Shown in pieces: positions 1-14,231 of a stretch of DNA of 64,000 bases. The first letter of the stretch is position 1. Each line of letters begins with the position of its first letter. Below the pieces are notes generated by a model. That model was not told the DNA's origin and searched no databases. It saw only the letters and a list, made by a program, of their open reading frames with translations. Source of the DNA: the human T2T-CHM13v2.0 reference genome, Homo sapiens. The stretch is from assembly GCF_009914755.1 (NCBI RefSeq), contig NC_060929.1; one strand, written 5' to 3'. A program made the position numbers and the translations under genes.

Positions 1-236
1 TAATAGATGCATATATATTTCATTGTATTAAATGATCACTAGTATCTACATATAATTTATGCATTCATGGACTTATCATTTTCTTAGTTTTTTAATATTG
101 CTTGTGTAGATGGGTCACCTGTTATCTTTTTCAATTTTTCATAAATCTCCAAAAATTTTCTAATATATTTATAGGAAAAAATCTACATATGAGCGGACCC
201 GCACAGTTCAAACCTGTGTTGTTGAGGAGTCAACTA
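1..236 (-). mobile_element. Tigger2-family DNA transposon, 5' end (runs off the window start)
   Basis: Reverse complement reads TAGTTGACTCCTCAACAACACAGGTTTGAACTGTGCGGGTCC..., matching the recalled Tigger2 terminus CAGTTGACCCTTGAACAACACGGGTTTGAACTGCGCGGGTCC; followed by TA. Confidence 0.8.
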
Positions 237-419
237 TATATTATAATTTAAGAGAGGATTCAACTCTTTCATTCTACTGGCAATGGGTTAACATAAACTT
301 TAGTCAGAACTGCTGAGCTTTTCTGGCACAATGAGGACAAATTGACCAATGTATTTAACCAATAGCTGGGGGAAAATTTTGCTAAAATTGGTAAGTATAT
401 CTTTATATAACTATATCCT

Positions 420-2030
420 TACAACTTGTCTCAACCTTCGTCAGATTAATCCTAGCAAAACTGTAAAATGTCTCAGTAAAAATCTAAATGAATTTTTCAT
501 AACAAGTGCTGGCAACAGATTTTAAATATGTTCTGATCATTATTTGTCTCTTGTTGGCATGGAGAAAATCCTTTTTTTTTTTTTTTCAGCCTGGGGAATC
601 CCAAACTATATCTCTAGTAACAAGGAAACCATTTTACCGGAATTTTTATTAACTAACATGGAAAAGTTTTGTCAATTAATCAGACTTCACTGTCCATATC
701 ACTTTCAACCTTTTCGGAAGGTAGAAAGATGGAATTCTGAAACTAAAGTTGGTAAAGTTCACAGAGATCGTCAAACTTGCATGGTCTAAGGTATTTCTTC
801 TTTCTGTGGTTCATAAGTTAGTAACAGCTAAACCAAGTGTCTAGGAATATTAGCTCTGATTCTAGAAATCTACACTTATTTAACTAAATGCTGTAAGGAC
901 TCAGGAAATCCATTCTTTCAACAAAAGTTACTGAAGACTTTCCCCATTAGTATCCTAAACAATGTCTGCAAAATTGGTTTTCATACCTGGATACCTTGTC
1001 TTCTAAGAGACACGGCAGGGAAAGATCATAGGAAAAAAGTCAATATCAGGCACAGCTAACAACTAGCAAACCCATAGTCTTTAAAAGACTGATCCTTTGA
1101 TTCCTATCTCTCAAGTAAAGAGGTTTAGGTCATCTTCATATTACAGGAAAGTATCCCTACCAAAAACTTCTAACTAATGACTCTTAGGATTCTTCCAAAA
1201 GCAAATAGTCTTTGGGAGAAGACAGCTTCCATCAAATGCCTTTGGATCAAGTGAATCACTATATGAGATATCGGTATCTGCAAACCAAGATCCACATAAA
1301 AAGATCCATTGTTTGTCATATTTAATCTGCATATCTTGAGTTTTCATTTTCCTAGTTAACTTTATCTTTTTATGCTTAAGGTTACATTTAATTACTTTAC
1401 CTATAAAGCTACTATTCCTAATTCCTCTATGCCGTCCTTAGTCACTCTCTAGAAGAGTCCGGAAGCTGGCCGTAATTTGTTCACAATTTGGCTAAACATG
1501 CAGTTGAATCAGTGCTAAGCTGCACACATTTTCCTTAGGATGCCAATTAGAGTTTTTTTTTTTTTAACATCGATTCCTAAATATGAAACTTCTGGGTTTA
1601 TCAATAATTGGACTATTTATTGTTATTTTATCTGACAAACAGCAGAGTATTAGATAAATAGAAATCTTAAATCCTAACATGCTGCACGCAGGAAAGAAAG
1701 CTTATGCCTACAGCAGAACAGCACTTACGGATCTTTAATAGAATGCAACTTCTGTCACTAAACCTTTAGAAAGAAATGTCTTAAAAAGAAGAGAACAAAT
1801 GGCACATACTTAATTCATTTCTCACATTTACATATCATAAAAAATTCTTATTACATATTCAAGCTCCTATCACATCTACCTCTTCCTCTATGTGATAAGG
1901 TCTTCATTTTATATCCCCAAAAGTGATTAATAGCAGAATGGAGCTGAAAGCAATCAATAAACTCAATCAACCTTAATGACTGCTACTGGATTTGTGGTAC
2001 CAGAACCTATTGATTATTACAGCAATCTTG
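420..2030 (+). mobile_element. Decayed endogenous retrovirus internal region (pol integrase plus env relic)
   Basis: ORF 544..789 contains WGIPNYISSN and LHCPYHFQPFRKVERWN, resembling the retroviral integrase core WGIP..ISSD..G.HF and H.PYHPQSSGKVER.N. 1981-2010 translates to CYWICGTRTY, resembling the env YWICGxxAY motif. Boundaries approximate. Confidence 0.65.
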
Positions 2031-2049
2031 ACATAAACTAACATATTGA

Positions 2050-2996
2050 TGTGGTAGTCAGAATAATGGCTCTTCAGAGATGATGGGGTCCTAATCCAGA
2101 TAATTTATAAGTTTGTTAGCTTACCTGGCAGGACAGAGTTTGCAAATGCAATTAGAGTTAAGGATTTTGAAATGGAGAGACTATCATAGATTTTAGATGG
2201 CCAAATGCAATCGTAAGATTCTTTACATGTAGAAGAGGGAGATATAAAAGGAGAATGTGAAGACTTGCTCCTTCATTTGTAGCTTTGAAGGTGAAGGAAA
2301 GGAACTGTTATGAACTGAATATTTGTGTCTCCCTAAAATTAATCTATTGAAGATGATTGGCATTGTTCAAATATTAATATTTTCAATAATCTATTAATTG
2401 GCAGTGTGATAGTATCTGGAGATGGAGCTTTTGGGAGGAACCTAGGTTGAGATAATGTCATAAGTGTGGTGTTCTCATGATAATGTTAGTGTTCTTATAA
2501 GAAAAGGTGGAGATACTAGACCACCTCCCACCCAACCACCCTTCTCTTTCTCTCTCCATAAACATGTATCCAGGAAAGGCCATGTGAACACAGAGAGAAG
2601 GAGGCCATCTACTAACCAGAGAGGGAGTGGGCCCTCACCATGAACCAAATATACCAGCACCTTAATCTTGGACTTCCCAACTTTCAGAACTCTGAGAAAT
2701 AAACGTCAGTTGTTTAAGTCACCCGGTCTATGGTATTTTCTTACAGTATTCCAAGCTGCCCAAGACAGGGAACATGCATCAAAGAATGCAGCTGGATTCT
2801 AAAGCCTGGGAAAGGCCGGGTCATGGATTATTCCACAGAGCCTATAGAAGGAATGCAGTCTTCCAATGCTTTGATTTTAAATCAGTAAGACCTGTGTTGA
2901 ACTTCTAACCTGGAATACTGCTAGACAATAAATTTATGTTGTTTTAAACTACTAAGTGTATTGTAATTTTTATAACAGCCACAGGAAAATAATACA
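2050..2996 (+). mobile_element. MLT1 (D/E-like) MaLR LTR, interrupted by a nested MLT1A-like LTR
   Basis: Starts TGTGGTAGTCAGAATAATGG, ends ACAGCCACAGGAAAATAATACA; MaLR-type 3' end (AATAAATTT...GTTGTTTTAA). Confidence 0.75.
2306..2767 (+). mobile_element. MLT1A-like MaLR LTR nested in the older MLT1
   Basis: TGTTATGAACTGAAT...CCAAGACA; flanked by AGGAAC / GGGAAC (near-perfect TSD). Confidence 0.75.
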
Positions 2997-3089
2997 TTTG
3001 GCAAATCAGTGCATGTTTCATGATGGTCAATGATATGCCCCAGGGTCCATCTTAGTCATGATTTCTATCCCTTCAAAAACCAAAACAAA

Positions 3090-3338
3090 ATAAAAAAGTA
3101 AAACAAAAAGACCAATTTTACCATATAACTTGATTTTTAAAAATATTTTATATTTATTTAATCCATTATATCCAAAATATTGTCATCTCAGCATAAAACA
3201 ATATTAAAATTATTCAGCTTTACATTTTTTAAACTAAATCTAGTTTGTATTTTACATATAGCGTAAATCAATTCAAATTCACCATATTTCAAGTGTTCAA
3301 TATCTACATGTCACTAGTAATGACTGTAGTGGACAGAA
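3090..3338 (+). mobile_element. MER33 (hAT-Charlie) fragment
   Basis: TATATCCAAAATATTGTCAT...ATATTTCAAGTGTTCAATATCTACATGTCACTAGTAATGACTGTAGTGGACAG matches the recalled MER33/MER3 3' half. Confidence 0.65.
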
Positions 3339-4176
3339 TTGATCCAGATTTCCAGGTGTATTGGTATAAAACTAACCATATTTTTATCTTATTAAAACAA
3401 AACAAAACAAAACAAAACTCCTCCATAACTATGTCTATGTTCCTTTTGCTTTTATTAACATTGAACATATTCTTGTTTTTAATCTAATTTTGTCTGTATT
3501 TAGGTCTATTTTTTGGTGTTGTTATTTCTTGTATGCTTGGCATCAACTTTTTTTGCAATTTCTTAGACTATCTAAACTATTATGCTCTAAGTTTAGCTCA
3601 ATTTCAATCAGCTACTCACTTTGAAAGACTCATTTAACTCTCTTAAGCCATTCTCCACAAACATGAAAAATCTTCCTCTCACTCTTCCCTGCTGAAACAC
3701 TGCAAAAGTATGTCAAAATGGTGTACTTTCTTGGCACAGGGTTTCAATAAACTTAGTTTTGCTTTAATAACAAATTATCTGAATATATTTCAGGGAGTTC
3801 CACTGGTAAAAGCATAAAATCATGTTAGTTCAGGTCATCTTTTGTAAAGTTATGATTGTGCCATAGTATCAATTCTTGTCAAAATTTATGACTTCAAAAT
3901 CAACTTAATATGCATCAACATAGATATTTTTTAGTTAATTCTAGACTCCAGGTGCTCATTTAAATAATATGGGTACATAAGACTGAACAAAACCAGTTGC
4001 TATTGAATGTACATTCTAGAGAAATACTTCATACACAGCTGTGTTTTGTTAAATAAGGAACTTGATGACATAATCAATATCATGGCAGCATACAACTGTT
4101 TGGTTAGTATGTCTCTTTAAACAAGCACATATGCTCATTCATGGAGTGTGTATTTGTATCTGTGTATGGTCTGTGT

Positions 4177-5018
4177 ATGGCTAAAAGGGTCCAAGGCACT
4201 ACTCAGGCCATTGCTTCAGAGAATACAAGCCTCAAGCTTTGGTGGCTTCCACATGAGGCTGGGCCTGTGGTTGTGCAGACGGGAAGAGTTGAGGTTTGGG
4301 AACCTCCATCTAGATTTCAGAGGATGTATGGAAATGCCTGGATGTCTAGGCAAAAGTCTGCTGCAGAAGTGGAGCCCTTATGGAGAACCTCTACTAGGGC
4401 AGTGCAGAGGGAAAATGTGGGGTTGGAGCCCCCACACAGATTCCCCACTGGGGCACTCCCTACTGGAGCTTTGAGAAGAGGGTCATAGTGCTTCAGACCC
4501 CAGAATGGTAGATCCACTGACAGCTTGCACAGTGTGCCTGGAAAAGTCACAGGCACTCAATCCTAGCCTGTGAAAGCAGCTGTGGGGGCTGTGCCTTGCA
4601 GAGCCACAGAGGCAGAGCTGTCAAAGCTCATGGGAGCCCAGATATTGCATCAGTATGCTCTGGACGTGAGAGATGAGGTCAAAGAAGATTGTTTCAGAGC
4701 CTTAAGATTTAATGACTGCCTTGTCGGGTTTTGGACTTGCATGGGGCCTGCAGACCCTTTGTTTTGGCTAATTTCTCCCTTATGGAATTGGAGTGTTTAC
4801 CTGATCCCTGTACCCCCACTGTATCTTGAAATTAACTAACTTGTTTTTGATTTTACAGGCTTATAGGCAGAAGGGATTTGCCTTGTCTCAGATGAAACTT
4901 TGGACATGGACTTTTGAGTTAATGCTGGAATAAGTTAAGACTTTCAGTCTGTTGGGAAGGCATGATTGGTTTTGAAATGTGAGAAGGACATGATACTTGG
5001 GAGGGGCCAGAGGAGAAA
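4177..5018 (+). mobile_element. THE1/MST internal region (MaLR-int), 3' part
   Basis: Typical THE1-int text (GAGGTTTGGGAACCTCCATCTAGATTTCAGAGGATGTATGGAAATGCCTGGATGTC...), ending in a purine tract directly before the LTR. ORFs 4141..4839 are its decayed frames. Confidence 0.9.
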
Positions 5019-5402
5019 TAATATGGCTTGGCCCTCTGTCCCCACCCAAATCTCATCTCAAATTGTAATCCCCTCATGTCAAGACAGGGGCCTGGGTGGA
5101 GGTGACTGGATCATGGGAGCAGATTTCCACATGCTATTCTCATGACAGTGAGTGAGTTCCAAGAGATCTGATGGTTTAAAAGTGTGTGGCACTTCCCTCC
5201 TTGTGCTCTCTCTCTCCTGGTGCCATGTCAAGAAGAACCTTGTTTCCCCTTTGCCTTCCACCATGATTTTCTGAGTTTCCTGAGTCCTCCCATTCATGCT
5301 TCCTGTAAAGCCTGAAGAACTATGAATCAATTAAATCTCTTTTCTTCATAAATTACTCAGTCTCAAGTCATTCTTTATATCATTGTGAAAATTCACTACT
5401 AC
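5019..5402 (+). mobile_element. THE1D-like LTR (3' LTR of the element above)
   Basis: ATATGGCTTGG...CCCACCCAAATCTCATCTCAAATTGTAATCCCC...CAATTAAATCTCTTTTCTTCATAAATTACTCAGTCTCA. Confidence 0.85.
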
Positions 5403-5847
5403 GGTTAGCAATCTTAAAGAATACTTGTGATTTTGAGAATCAGGCACATATTTTTTTAATAATCGGACTGCTTATAATTGTTTAACTCCTTGCAACTTAC
5501 AGTTAATGCCTAAAACTTTGATGACTTTCATTACATTTCAATGGCTCTGTTCCCTTATAGCAAACTACCTTTTTTACTGTACTTACTGTAACTACAGTGC
5601 ATTTCTTTTCAGCCCAAATAGTATTCAGTAATAAACATTTCTTCCCACATAAGAATAAGTTATATTCCTATTCACTATATTCTAGAATTTCTATTTTCCT
5701 TCCACAGTGCCAGCTAAAATTAAAGTGGAATAATCTATTGGGGCCCTGTGTATTTAATGTTTGTTTTCTTAGTATATTATAAACACTGTGAAGGAAGGAA
5801 ATCCTTGCCTCTTGTTTATACTTTTATCTCCATTATAGAAACACTCT

Positions 5848-6358
5848 GCATTATTTTCTTACTGCTGCTGTAGCAAATTACTACAAAGTTAGTGGTTTAA
5901 AATAGCACAAATATAGTGTCAAACAATTGTGTTTGTCAGATGTCTGACATGCATCTTATGAGGCTAAAATCAAAGAGTGAGAACTGTTGTGTTCCTTTCT
6001 GAAGGTTTTAGGGGAAAATCAGTTTCCTTGACTTTTCCAGCCTCTAGAGGCTGTCCTGATTTGTTAGCTTGTGATCTTTCATTTGTTCAAACCAGAAATG
6101 CTGTATCTCTCTGACCATTCTTTTGAAATCATATCACCTTATGTTTCTAGCCAAGAATGTTTCCCTATTTTAAACCCATTTGATTACACTGAACTCAAAA
6201 GGACACTTTTTCATCTTACCATCCTTAACATTATAATACTTGCAAAGCCCCTTTTACCAGATAAAGTTAACATATTCACAGGTTCCAGAAATCAGGACAT
6301 GCGTTTTTTTTTTGTTGTTGGTTTGTTTGTTTTGTAAACCATTATTTTGCTTCCTATA
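5848..6358 (-). mobile_element. MLT1 MaLR LTR
   Basis: GCTGCTGTAGCAAATTACTACAAAGTTAGTGGTTTAAAATAGCACAAAT ... CATATTCACAGGTTCCAGAAATCAGGACATG, the reverse-strand MLT1 signature. Confidence 0.75.
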
Positions 6359-6569
6359 CTGTCTTAATTGGAGGAAGCAACTTCTTCGAATAGGTGAATT
6401 AATTTCAAATTGATAATGTGGTGATTCTGAATGAACATTAAAGAAATCAACTATTACACCAAACATTACTTTATTGAGCTAAACAAATATTAACTGACTA
6501 TATGAAATTCATTACACATTTGGAGATAGAATTTTGTACTTTTTAATAAGACTTTTTACATTTTGCAAT

Positions 6570-6705
6570 CCTTTTTCTTATTTAAAAAAATCAGTATTGT
6601 ATTAGTACCCACAATATAAGTTTGTTCTAAGAATCAAATGAGATAAACATTTCAAACACCTATCATAGTATCAAGTTCATATCGTAAGCCTAAAATATCA
6701 GATGA
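6570..6705 (+). mobile_element. MIR SINE fragment
   Basis: TAGTACCCAC...TTGTTCTAAGAATCAAATGAGATAA resembles the MIR core (AGTACCTACCTCATAGGGTTGTTGTGAGGATTAAATGAGATAA). Confidence 0.55.
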
Positions 6706-7885
6706 CTTTTATTATTTTCAGAATGTAGTCAAAATCAACATAAAGTTACATTAACACTTGGTTTACTGTATTATAATGCTAGCTTTGTGTCATATCTATC
6801 TAGAGAGTACACTGAATAGCTTAAACCAAGTAGAAGGTGATTTCTTGCTTACATATCAGTTTACCGTTAAGTAATTTTGGCTAAAGACGCATCTTTCCTG
6901 CAAAAAATAATTCAAGTTAATGAAGGATCTACTATTACCAAATTGTATCTTCCCAGATTACTTTGTATATATCACCATTCCAGAAGACAAAAGACTACTC
7001 ATGAAATACAATTTGCACACTTCTTTATATATGAAAAATTCACTTCTCTTCACTGTGTAAACAACTTAAAGTTTTGCCCAGTTACTGCCTACAACTTAAG
7101 AGTTCAGGATGTTTCATGACGTGCAGTTCTCTCCCTTAGGCCACTATATGACTTAACGAGGACTAGTGTCCTATAAAGTCAAAAGACAAATTATCTGTAA
7201 AATCTAAGTTACCATGGTGAAGCTCCTATCAGAAGACAAAGAAGTCTGCATAGCACTGACAAAAATATTTCTGAGCAATACAAATATTTATTCGATGAAA
7301 CCATAAACATGTCCTGTGGAAATAACTTTAAGGTCCATTGTCCCTGTGGCTCATAGATTTACTTTCTGAGGTAATTTACATTTTCTCTTATTCTCCATGC
7401 CTCCATCTTAAAATTAGAACAATGAGTGTTTTCTCAGCATGACTAATCAATTGCACTGATTAGTGCAATTTGGGATGCTTGAGGATATTTTAAGCCTTAA
7501 TTTTTTTTCTCACAATAGGCTTATTATACCTTTGCCCAGTAGTTATGTGGAAAACATTTATTTATTTATTGCATCTAGTTTATAACCAAACATACAGTTC
7601 TTTCCTAGGTATAATTCTAAAGTCTGCCTCATTTCCTTCTTTTTTCTCCTCCCCAACACACATATGCTTCTCTGACTGTAAAGATGACCACTTTAAAGTC
7701 ATTTGAAATCATAGACTTGAAAGAGAAAACAACTTCCCTGATTAGTTCTTTGCTTCAGGGCTGGGTTCCTTGTTTTTTATGAACACAGTAGGATTTAATT
7801 TCTGAGCAGCTTTTTCAACCTAATCAGAAAAACCTGAGCTTTTCTGTCACTGGATAATTCCACCATTACTAGACTTTTTGTTTAC

Positions 7886-8099
7886 AAGTGGTTTACAACA
7901 AGGAATGATTTTGTTTCCACAGAACACTTGTCAGTGTCTGGAGACATTTTGAATTATAATGATTAGGTGGTGATGCTACTGGTATGTGGTGGTATAGCCT
8001 AGAGATACTATTAATATCCTACAATGCAAAGAATAACCTCCCACAGAATGCAGGAATATCAGGCATAAAATGTCAATAATGCTAAGGTTTAGCAACTCA
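7886..8099 (+). mobile_element. MER20 (hAT-Charlie) DNA transposon
   Basis: AGTGGTTTACAAC...TGTCTGGAGACATTTT...ATCCTACAATGCA...AAAATGTCAATAATGCTAAGGTT matches MER20 along its length. Confidence 0.85.
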
Positions 8100-8797
8100 A
8101 CTCTATCCACTTTCTTTCCACTCTAAAGACAGGATATTTCTTTTTCTTTTTTTTTTTTTTTTTTTGCCTGTGTTTATCTATTTCTTGGATTATGGAACAG
8201 AACAAACACGAACACATTACCTTTTGCCTTTCCTCATTTCCCACACTCTTTCCTAGAGGTAATATTAAGCTTCCAATTAATTTTAGATGGTAGTTTCAAT
8301 AATTTTTTTTCACTGGGTATTACAAGTCTTCATTTCAACCCTCTGAGTTTGGTTTACTTGTCCATTTAATACTAATTTAGTGGATATGTTTTAGGTGCTG
8401 TTATAGCAGACCCAACTCAAGCTGGTGATTTCTATATTACTTGGAATAGTGCTAGTTGCTTTGACAACTACACTCAACAACATATAATATCTTAAACAGA
8501 ACAGAAGTTTCATTCATATAAACTGTTTTTTTAAGATAGGAAAAGCATTGCTCCTTTATGTCCGCATTCAAGAACATAGGCTACTAAGGTATTTAATCTG
8601 CAGTATGTTGCTTCCAAGACTACTGTAGAATTGGCCACTCCAGTCAAGCATACTGAAAAACGTATACAGAAGAGTGCATGTTGGGATTTTGGAGACTAAG
8701 CTGGATATAAAATATGTTATTTCTACTAATTTTCCACTATTTTGACTTTAATCCCATGCCCTAATATAAAGTATATAAGAATGAGAAATATAGTTTA

Positions 8798-9019
<222 letters not shown>

Positions 9020-9152
9020 TCAACTGATTGATGTGTAAAACCTCATTGTAAAATAATGTTCTATAAATGAGACATTAATACAGTTAAATTTTTGGATTAA
9101 AAAAGTCTGCCACTTTGTGAATATGTTTTATTTAGGCTTGATTTAGTTAATT

Positions 9153-9497
<345 letters not shown>

Positions 9498-12400
9498 CTA
9501 ATTAAGATTGAGGCAGAAGAAATGGGTCCTTGGGATTTGAAAAGTAGTATTCAATTTGGAAGTTTAATTTGCAACATAGATTGTTTGTTATTAAATTACT
9601 AGATATAGTATCACAAAGGCAGAAAGAAAGGTTGCTTAGTTAAAGATCTAAGTTACTAGTCATGGTGTCAGATATAGAGAATGATTGAAGGTTATTAGAG
9701 TCACACACCAGATGAGTAAATTGCTGTTTTCAAGGAAGAGGTTACATAAAGGTAAGCGGAGTAATATTTTAGCATTTTTGTTAATTAAAAATTTGTAAAG
9801 TTATTTCCATTTCAAGGAAATTACTCTCAGTAATTTTACGGGTAAAATGACAAATTCCAAGTTTAATTTTCACACGTAACACCCTCCTTGAGCACTTATT
9901 TTTATAAAGCTATTAGTCTATTTTGGTCTCAATTTACCTTTCTTTAAAGAGATGTTAAAATTTTCTGAAAGAAGTTGAGATCTGGAAGTGTAGCTGTGCT
10001 ATTTTTCAATTTTTAATTACATATTTAATTATCCTTTAATTACTTAAGGTTATTCTCAAAAGTGAAGAGATAGCTGGGATCACACTGCATAAGATTTTAC
10101 TCCTGAATGTAATATTCAAAAATGTTACAAAGTCTATCAAAGAGGTTTTCATTCTGCGACAATAGATGGTCAATTTGACATGGTCAGGAAGCACCACCCC
10201 CACTGAGAGATACCAAATTATGGAGTAAACCACCATAATTTAGGCAGATCTTGAGAGAGAAAATGCTGAGTGGATGGAGAGGCCTGAAGCAATGAAGCTG
10301 AGCTGAAGAGGGAGGAAGCCTGTGCAGGGAACCCAAACACTACAGCTAGTTCCCCAGAATGGCTCCTAGGAAAGGGCCTCTGCCTGAGAGAGACCTGTGG
10401 CCTAGAACACCTAACACAAGAAACACAGTGATTGCAGGAGACTCCCCCAGGGCCCAGGAGCAGATCTGGTGATGGAGGCATCTCTCCCACCCCCACTATA
10501 GAGCACACCTGCAAACAAAAGGAAGTATAAAACAGCCAAGCCACTGGGTATTAGGCTAGCCACTGGCCATCACTCTTAAGCACCATGCATTGGATCACAT
10601 CCCAAACTACAACATCAAAATTTATCCTGCTACATATACACCTGTGAAACCAAACACAAGAATTACTCATACATAAAAATCCTGGACAGAGACAGCCCTG
10701 ACCCTTTGAAAGCATCCAGAAACAAAACCAATTGCCTATACTCAACATACACTACAGTTAAAGGAACACTAACCCTACCAGAAGAGAAAAAATCAGTGCA
10801 AGAACTCTGGCAATTCAAAAAGCTAGAGTGTCCTCTTACCTCAAAATTAGCCCACTAGCTACCAAGCAATGGTTCTTAATCAGTCTAAAATAGTTGCAAC
10901 AGACATAGAATACAGAACCTCGATGGCAGGGAAGCTCATGAACATTAAGGAGAAAGTTGAAACCCAATCCAAGTAATCCAGTAAAGCAATCTAAGTAAGT
11001 GCTGAAAGATGAAACTGCCATTTTAAAAAACAGCCACACTGAATTTCTAGAGCAGAAAAAATTCAGTATAAGAATTTTATAATACAATAAGAAATATTAA
11101 CAGAAGGTAGGCCAAGCTAAGGAAAGAATCTCAGAGCTCAAAGACTGGTTCGTTCAATCAACTGAGTCAAAAGAAAATTTTAAAAAAGAATTAAAAAAAG
11201 AAAATGAACCAAAGCTTTAAGAAATATGGAATTATATAAAGAGACCAAATCTACGACTCATTGTCATTCCTAGAAGAGAAAGAAAGAGAAAAGGCAACTT
11301 GGAAAATAGATTTGAGAATAGAGTCTATGAAAATTTTCCTAACCTCGCTAGAGAGAGTGACATGTAAATCCAAAAAATACAGCAAACCCAGCTAGGTACT
11401 ATAAAAGGTGACTATCCCTAAGGTACATAGTCATCATATTCACCAAAGTAAATACAAAAGAAAAAAAAATCTTAAAGGCAGCTAGAGAGAAAGGTCATGT
11501 TTTCATACAGCAAGAACTCCACTAGGCTAGTAGTAAATATCTCAGCAAAAACCTTACAAGCCAGAAGAGATTAAGAGCCTATGTCCAACATCATTAATGA
11601 AAATAAATTCCAGGCAAGAATTTCATATTTCACTAAACTAAACTTCCTAAGTGAAGAAGAAACAAATTTCTTCTCAGATAAGCAAATACTGAGGGAGTCA
11701 ATTTCAACTTGACCAGCCTTATGAAAGGTCCTTAAGGGAGTGCTATACATTGAGTAAAAAGAATGACACCTGCTACCACAAAAACCCACTTAAGTACATA
11801 GCTCACAGGCACTATAAAGTATCTACACAATCAAGTCTACCTAAAAACCAGCTACAAACGTGATGATAGGATCAAAATCTCATGTATCAACATTAACCAT
11901 AAATGTAAATAGGCTAAACACCCCACTTAAATGACGTACAATGGCAAACTGGATAAAAATGCAAGGCTCACCATCTGTAGTCTTCAAGAGACTCATCTCA
12001 TATGTAATGACAGCCACTGGCCCAAAATAAGGGGACGGAGAAAATCTGCCATGCAAATGATAACAAAAAAGCAGGAGTAACTATTCTTATATCAGATAAA
12101 ACAGACTTTAATCAAAATTAAAAAGAACAATTGAAGAATGAAGAGCATTACGTCATGAGAAAGTATATGATCAAACAAGAATACTTAAGTACCCTAAATA
12201 TAAATGCACCCAACATGGAGCACCCAGATTCATAAAACAAGTTCTTTTTGGACTACAAAAAGACAGACGACCACCCAATAATTGTAGGAGACTTCAACAC
12301 CCCCGCTGGCAGCATTGGATCATCAAAGCAGATAACTAAGAAAGAAACTGTGTACTTAAACTTCACACTTGACCATTTGGACCTAATAAGACATCTACAG

Positions 12401-14231
12401 AACACTCCACTCAATAACCACAGAATATACATTCTTCTCATCTGCACAGGGAACATATTCTAACATTGACCACATGCTTGGTCATAAAGCAAGTCTGGAT
12501 AAATTTTAAAAAATGAAATCATATCAAGCACACTCTTAGATCTCAATGTAATCAAAATATAAATAAATATCAACATCTCTCAACACTACACAAATAGATG
12601 AAAAGAAAATCAAACAACTTTCTCCTGAATAACTTCTGTGTGAAAATCAAAATTAAGGGAGAAATTTTAAGAAAGTGAAATTAATGAAAATGGGAACACA
12701 AATTACCAAAATCTCTGGGATGCAGCTAAATCAGTGTTAAGAGGAACGTTTAAATGCCTTTATCATAAAGTTAGAAATATTTCAAATTAACAATCTAACA
12801 CTACACCTAAAGGAACTAGGGAAAAAAAAAAAGAACAACCCTACATCAACGCTAGGAATGAAAAGAAACAACTAAAATAGAGAAGATCTGAATGAAATTG
12901 AGATGCAAAAATCCTACAAAAGATTAATGAAACCCAGAGTTGATTTAAAAAAAGAGATTGATAGACCTTTAGCTAGATAAACAAAGAAAAAAAAGAGAAG
13001 ATCTAAATATATAAATCAGAATGACAAAAACGACATTAAAAATGGTCCCACAGACATACAAAATAATCCTCAGAGAATACTAGGAATAACTCTAGACACA
13101 AAAATTAGAAAATCTAGAGGAAATGGATAAATTTCTGAAAACAGGCAATCTTCCAAGATTGAATCAGGAAGATACTGAAATACTGAAGAGACCAATATGA
13201 AGCTCTGAAATTGAATAAGTAATAAAAAATCTACCAAGCCAAAAAGCCCTGGACTATATGGATTCACAGCAAAATTCTACCGGAAGTATAAAGAAGAACT
13301 ACTACAATTCTACTGAAACTATTCCAGAAAAGTTGAAGAGAATGTACTCCTTCCTAACTCATGCTGTGAAGCCAGAATCAGCTTAATACCAAAACCTGGC
13401 AGAGACGCAAAAAAAAAGAACATTCAGGTGACCACTGTTGACGAACATAGACTCAAAAATTCTCAACAAAGTACTAGCAAACTGAATCCATCAGCAGCGT
13501 ATCAAAAAATTAATCTACTATGACAATACAGGCTTTATTCCTGGGATGCATGGCTGGTTCAACATATGCAAATCAATAAATGTGATTCACCAGATAAACA
13601 GAATTAAATCAAAAACCATATGATCATCTCAATGGATGCCGGAAAAGCTTTCAACTAAATCCAGTGCCCCTTCATGAAAAAACAAAACAAAAAAAAAACC
13701 CTCAACAGTTGAGGCTTCAAATAAGCATACTTCAAAATAAAAAAGAGCTATCTACAACAAACCCACAGCCAATATAATACTCAATGGGCAAAAGCTGAAA
13801 GCATTCTCCTCTAGAAATGAAACAAGCCAAGGACATCCACTCTTACCACTCCTATTCAACATAGTACCAGAAATCCTAGTCAGAGCAATCTCGCAACAGA
13901 AAAAGAGAAAAGCACCCAAATAGGAAGTAAAGATTAAGGCAAACTATCTGTCTTCACCCAACAATATCATTCTATACCTAAAAAACCTTAAAGACTTCAA
14001 CAAAAGTCTACTAGAAATGATAAAGGATTTTAGCAAGGTTTCAGGATACAAAATCAATGTACAACAATTAGTAGCATTTCTATACAACAACAACATCCAG
14101 GTTGAGAGTTAAATTAAGAACACAATCATATTTACAACACCTAGGATGAAAATAAAATCCCTGCAAATACAACTAACCTAAGATGTGAACGATCTCCACA
14201 AGGAGAATTACAAAACACAGCTGAAATCTGA

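Noticed and set aside
4141-4839. ORFs of 79-115 aa
   Set aside because: Decayed frames of the THE1/MST internal region, not a gene.
6780-7400. Segment with coding-like texture (ORF 6877..7119)
   Set aside because: No recognisable protein motif or exon structure. Possibly an ancient repeat, but I cannot assign it without a search.
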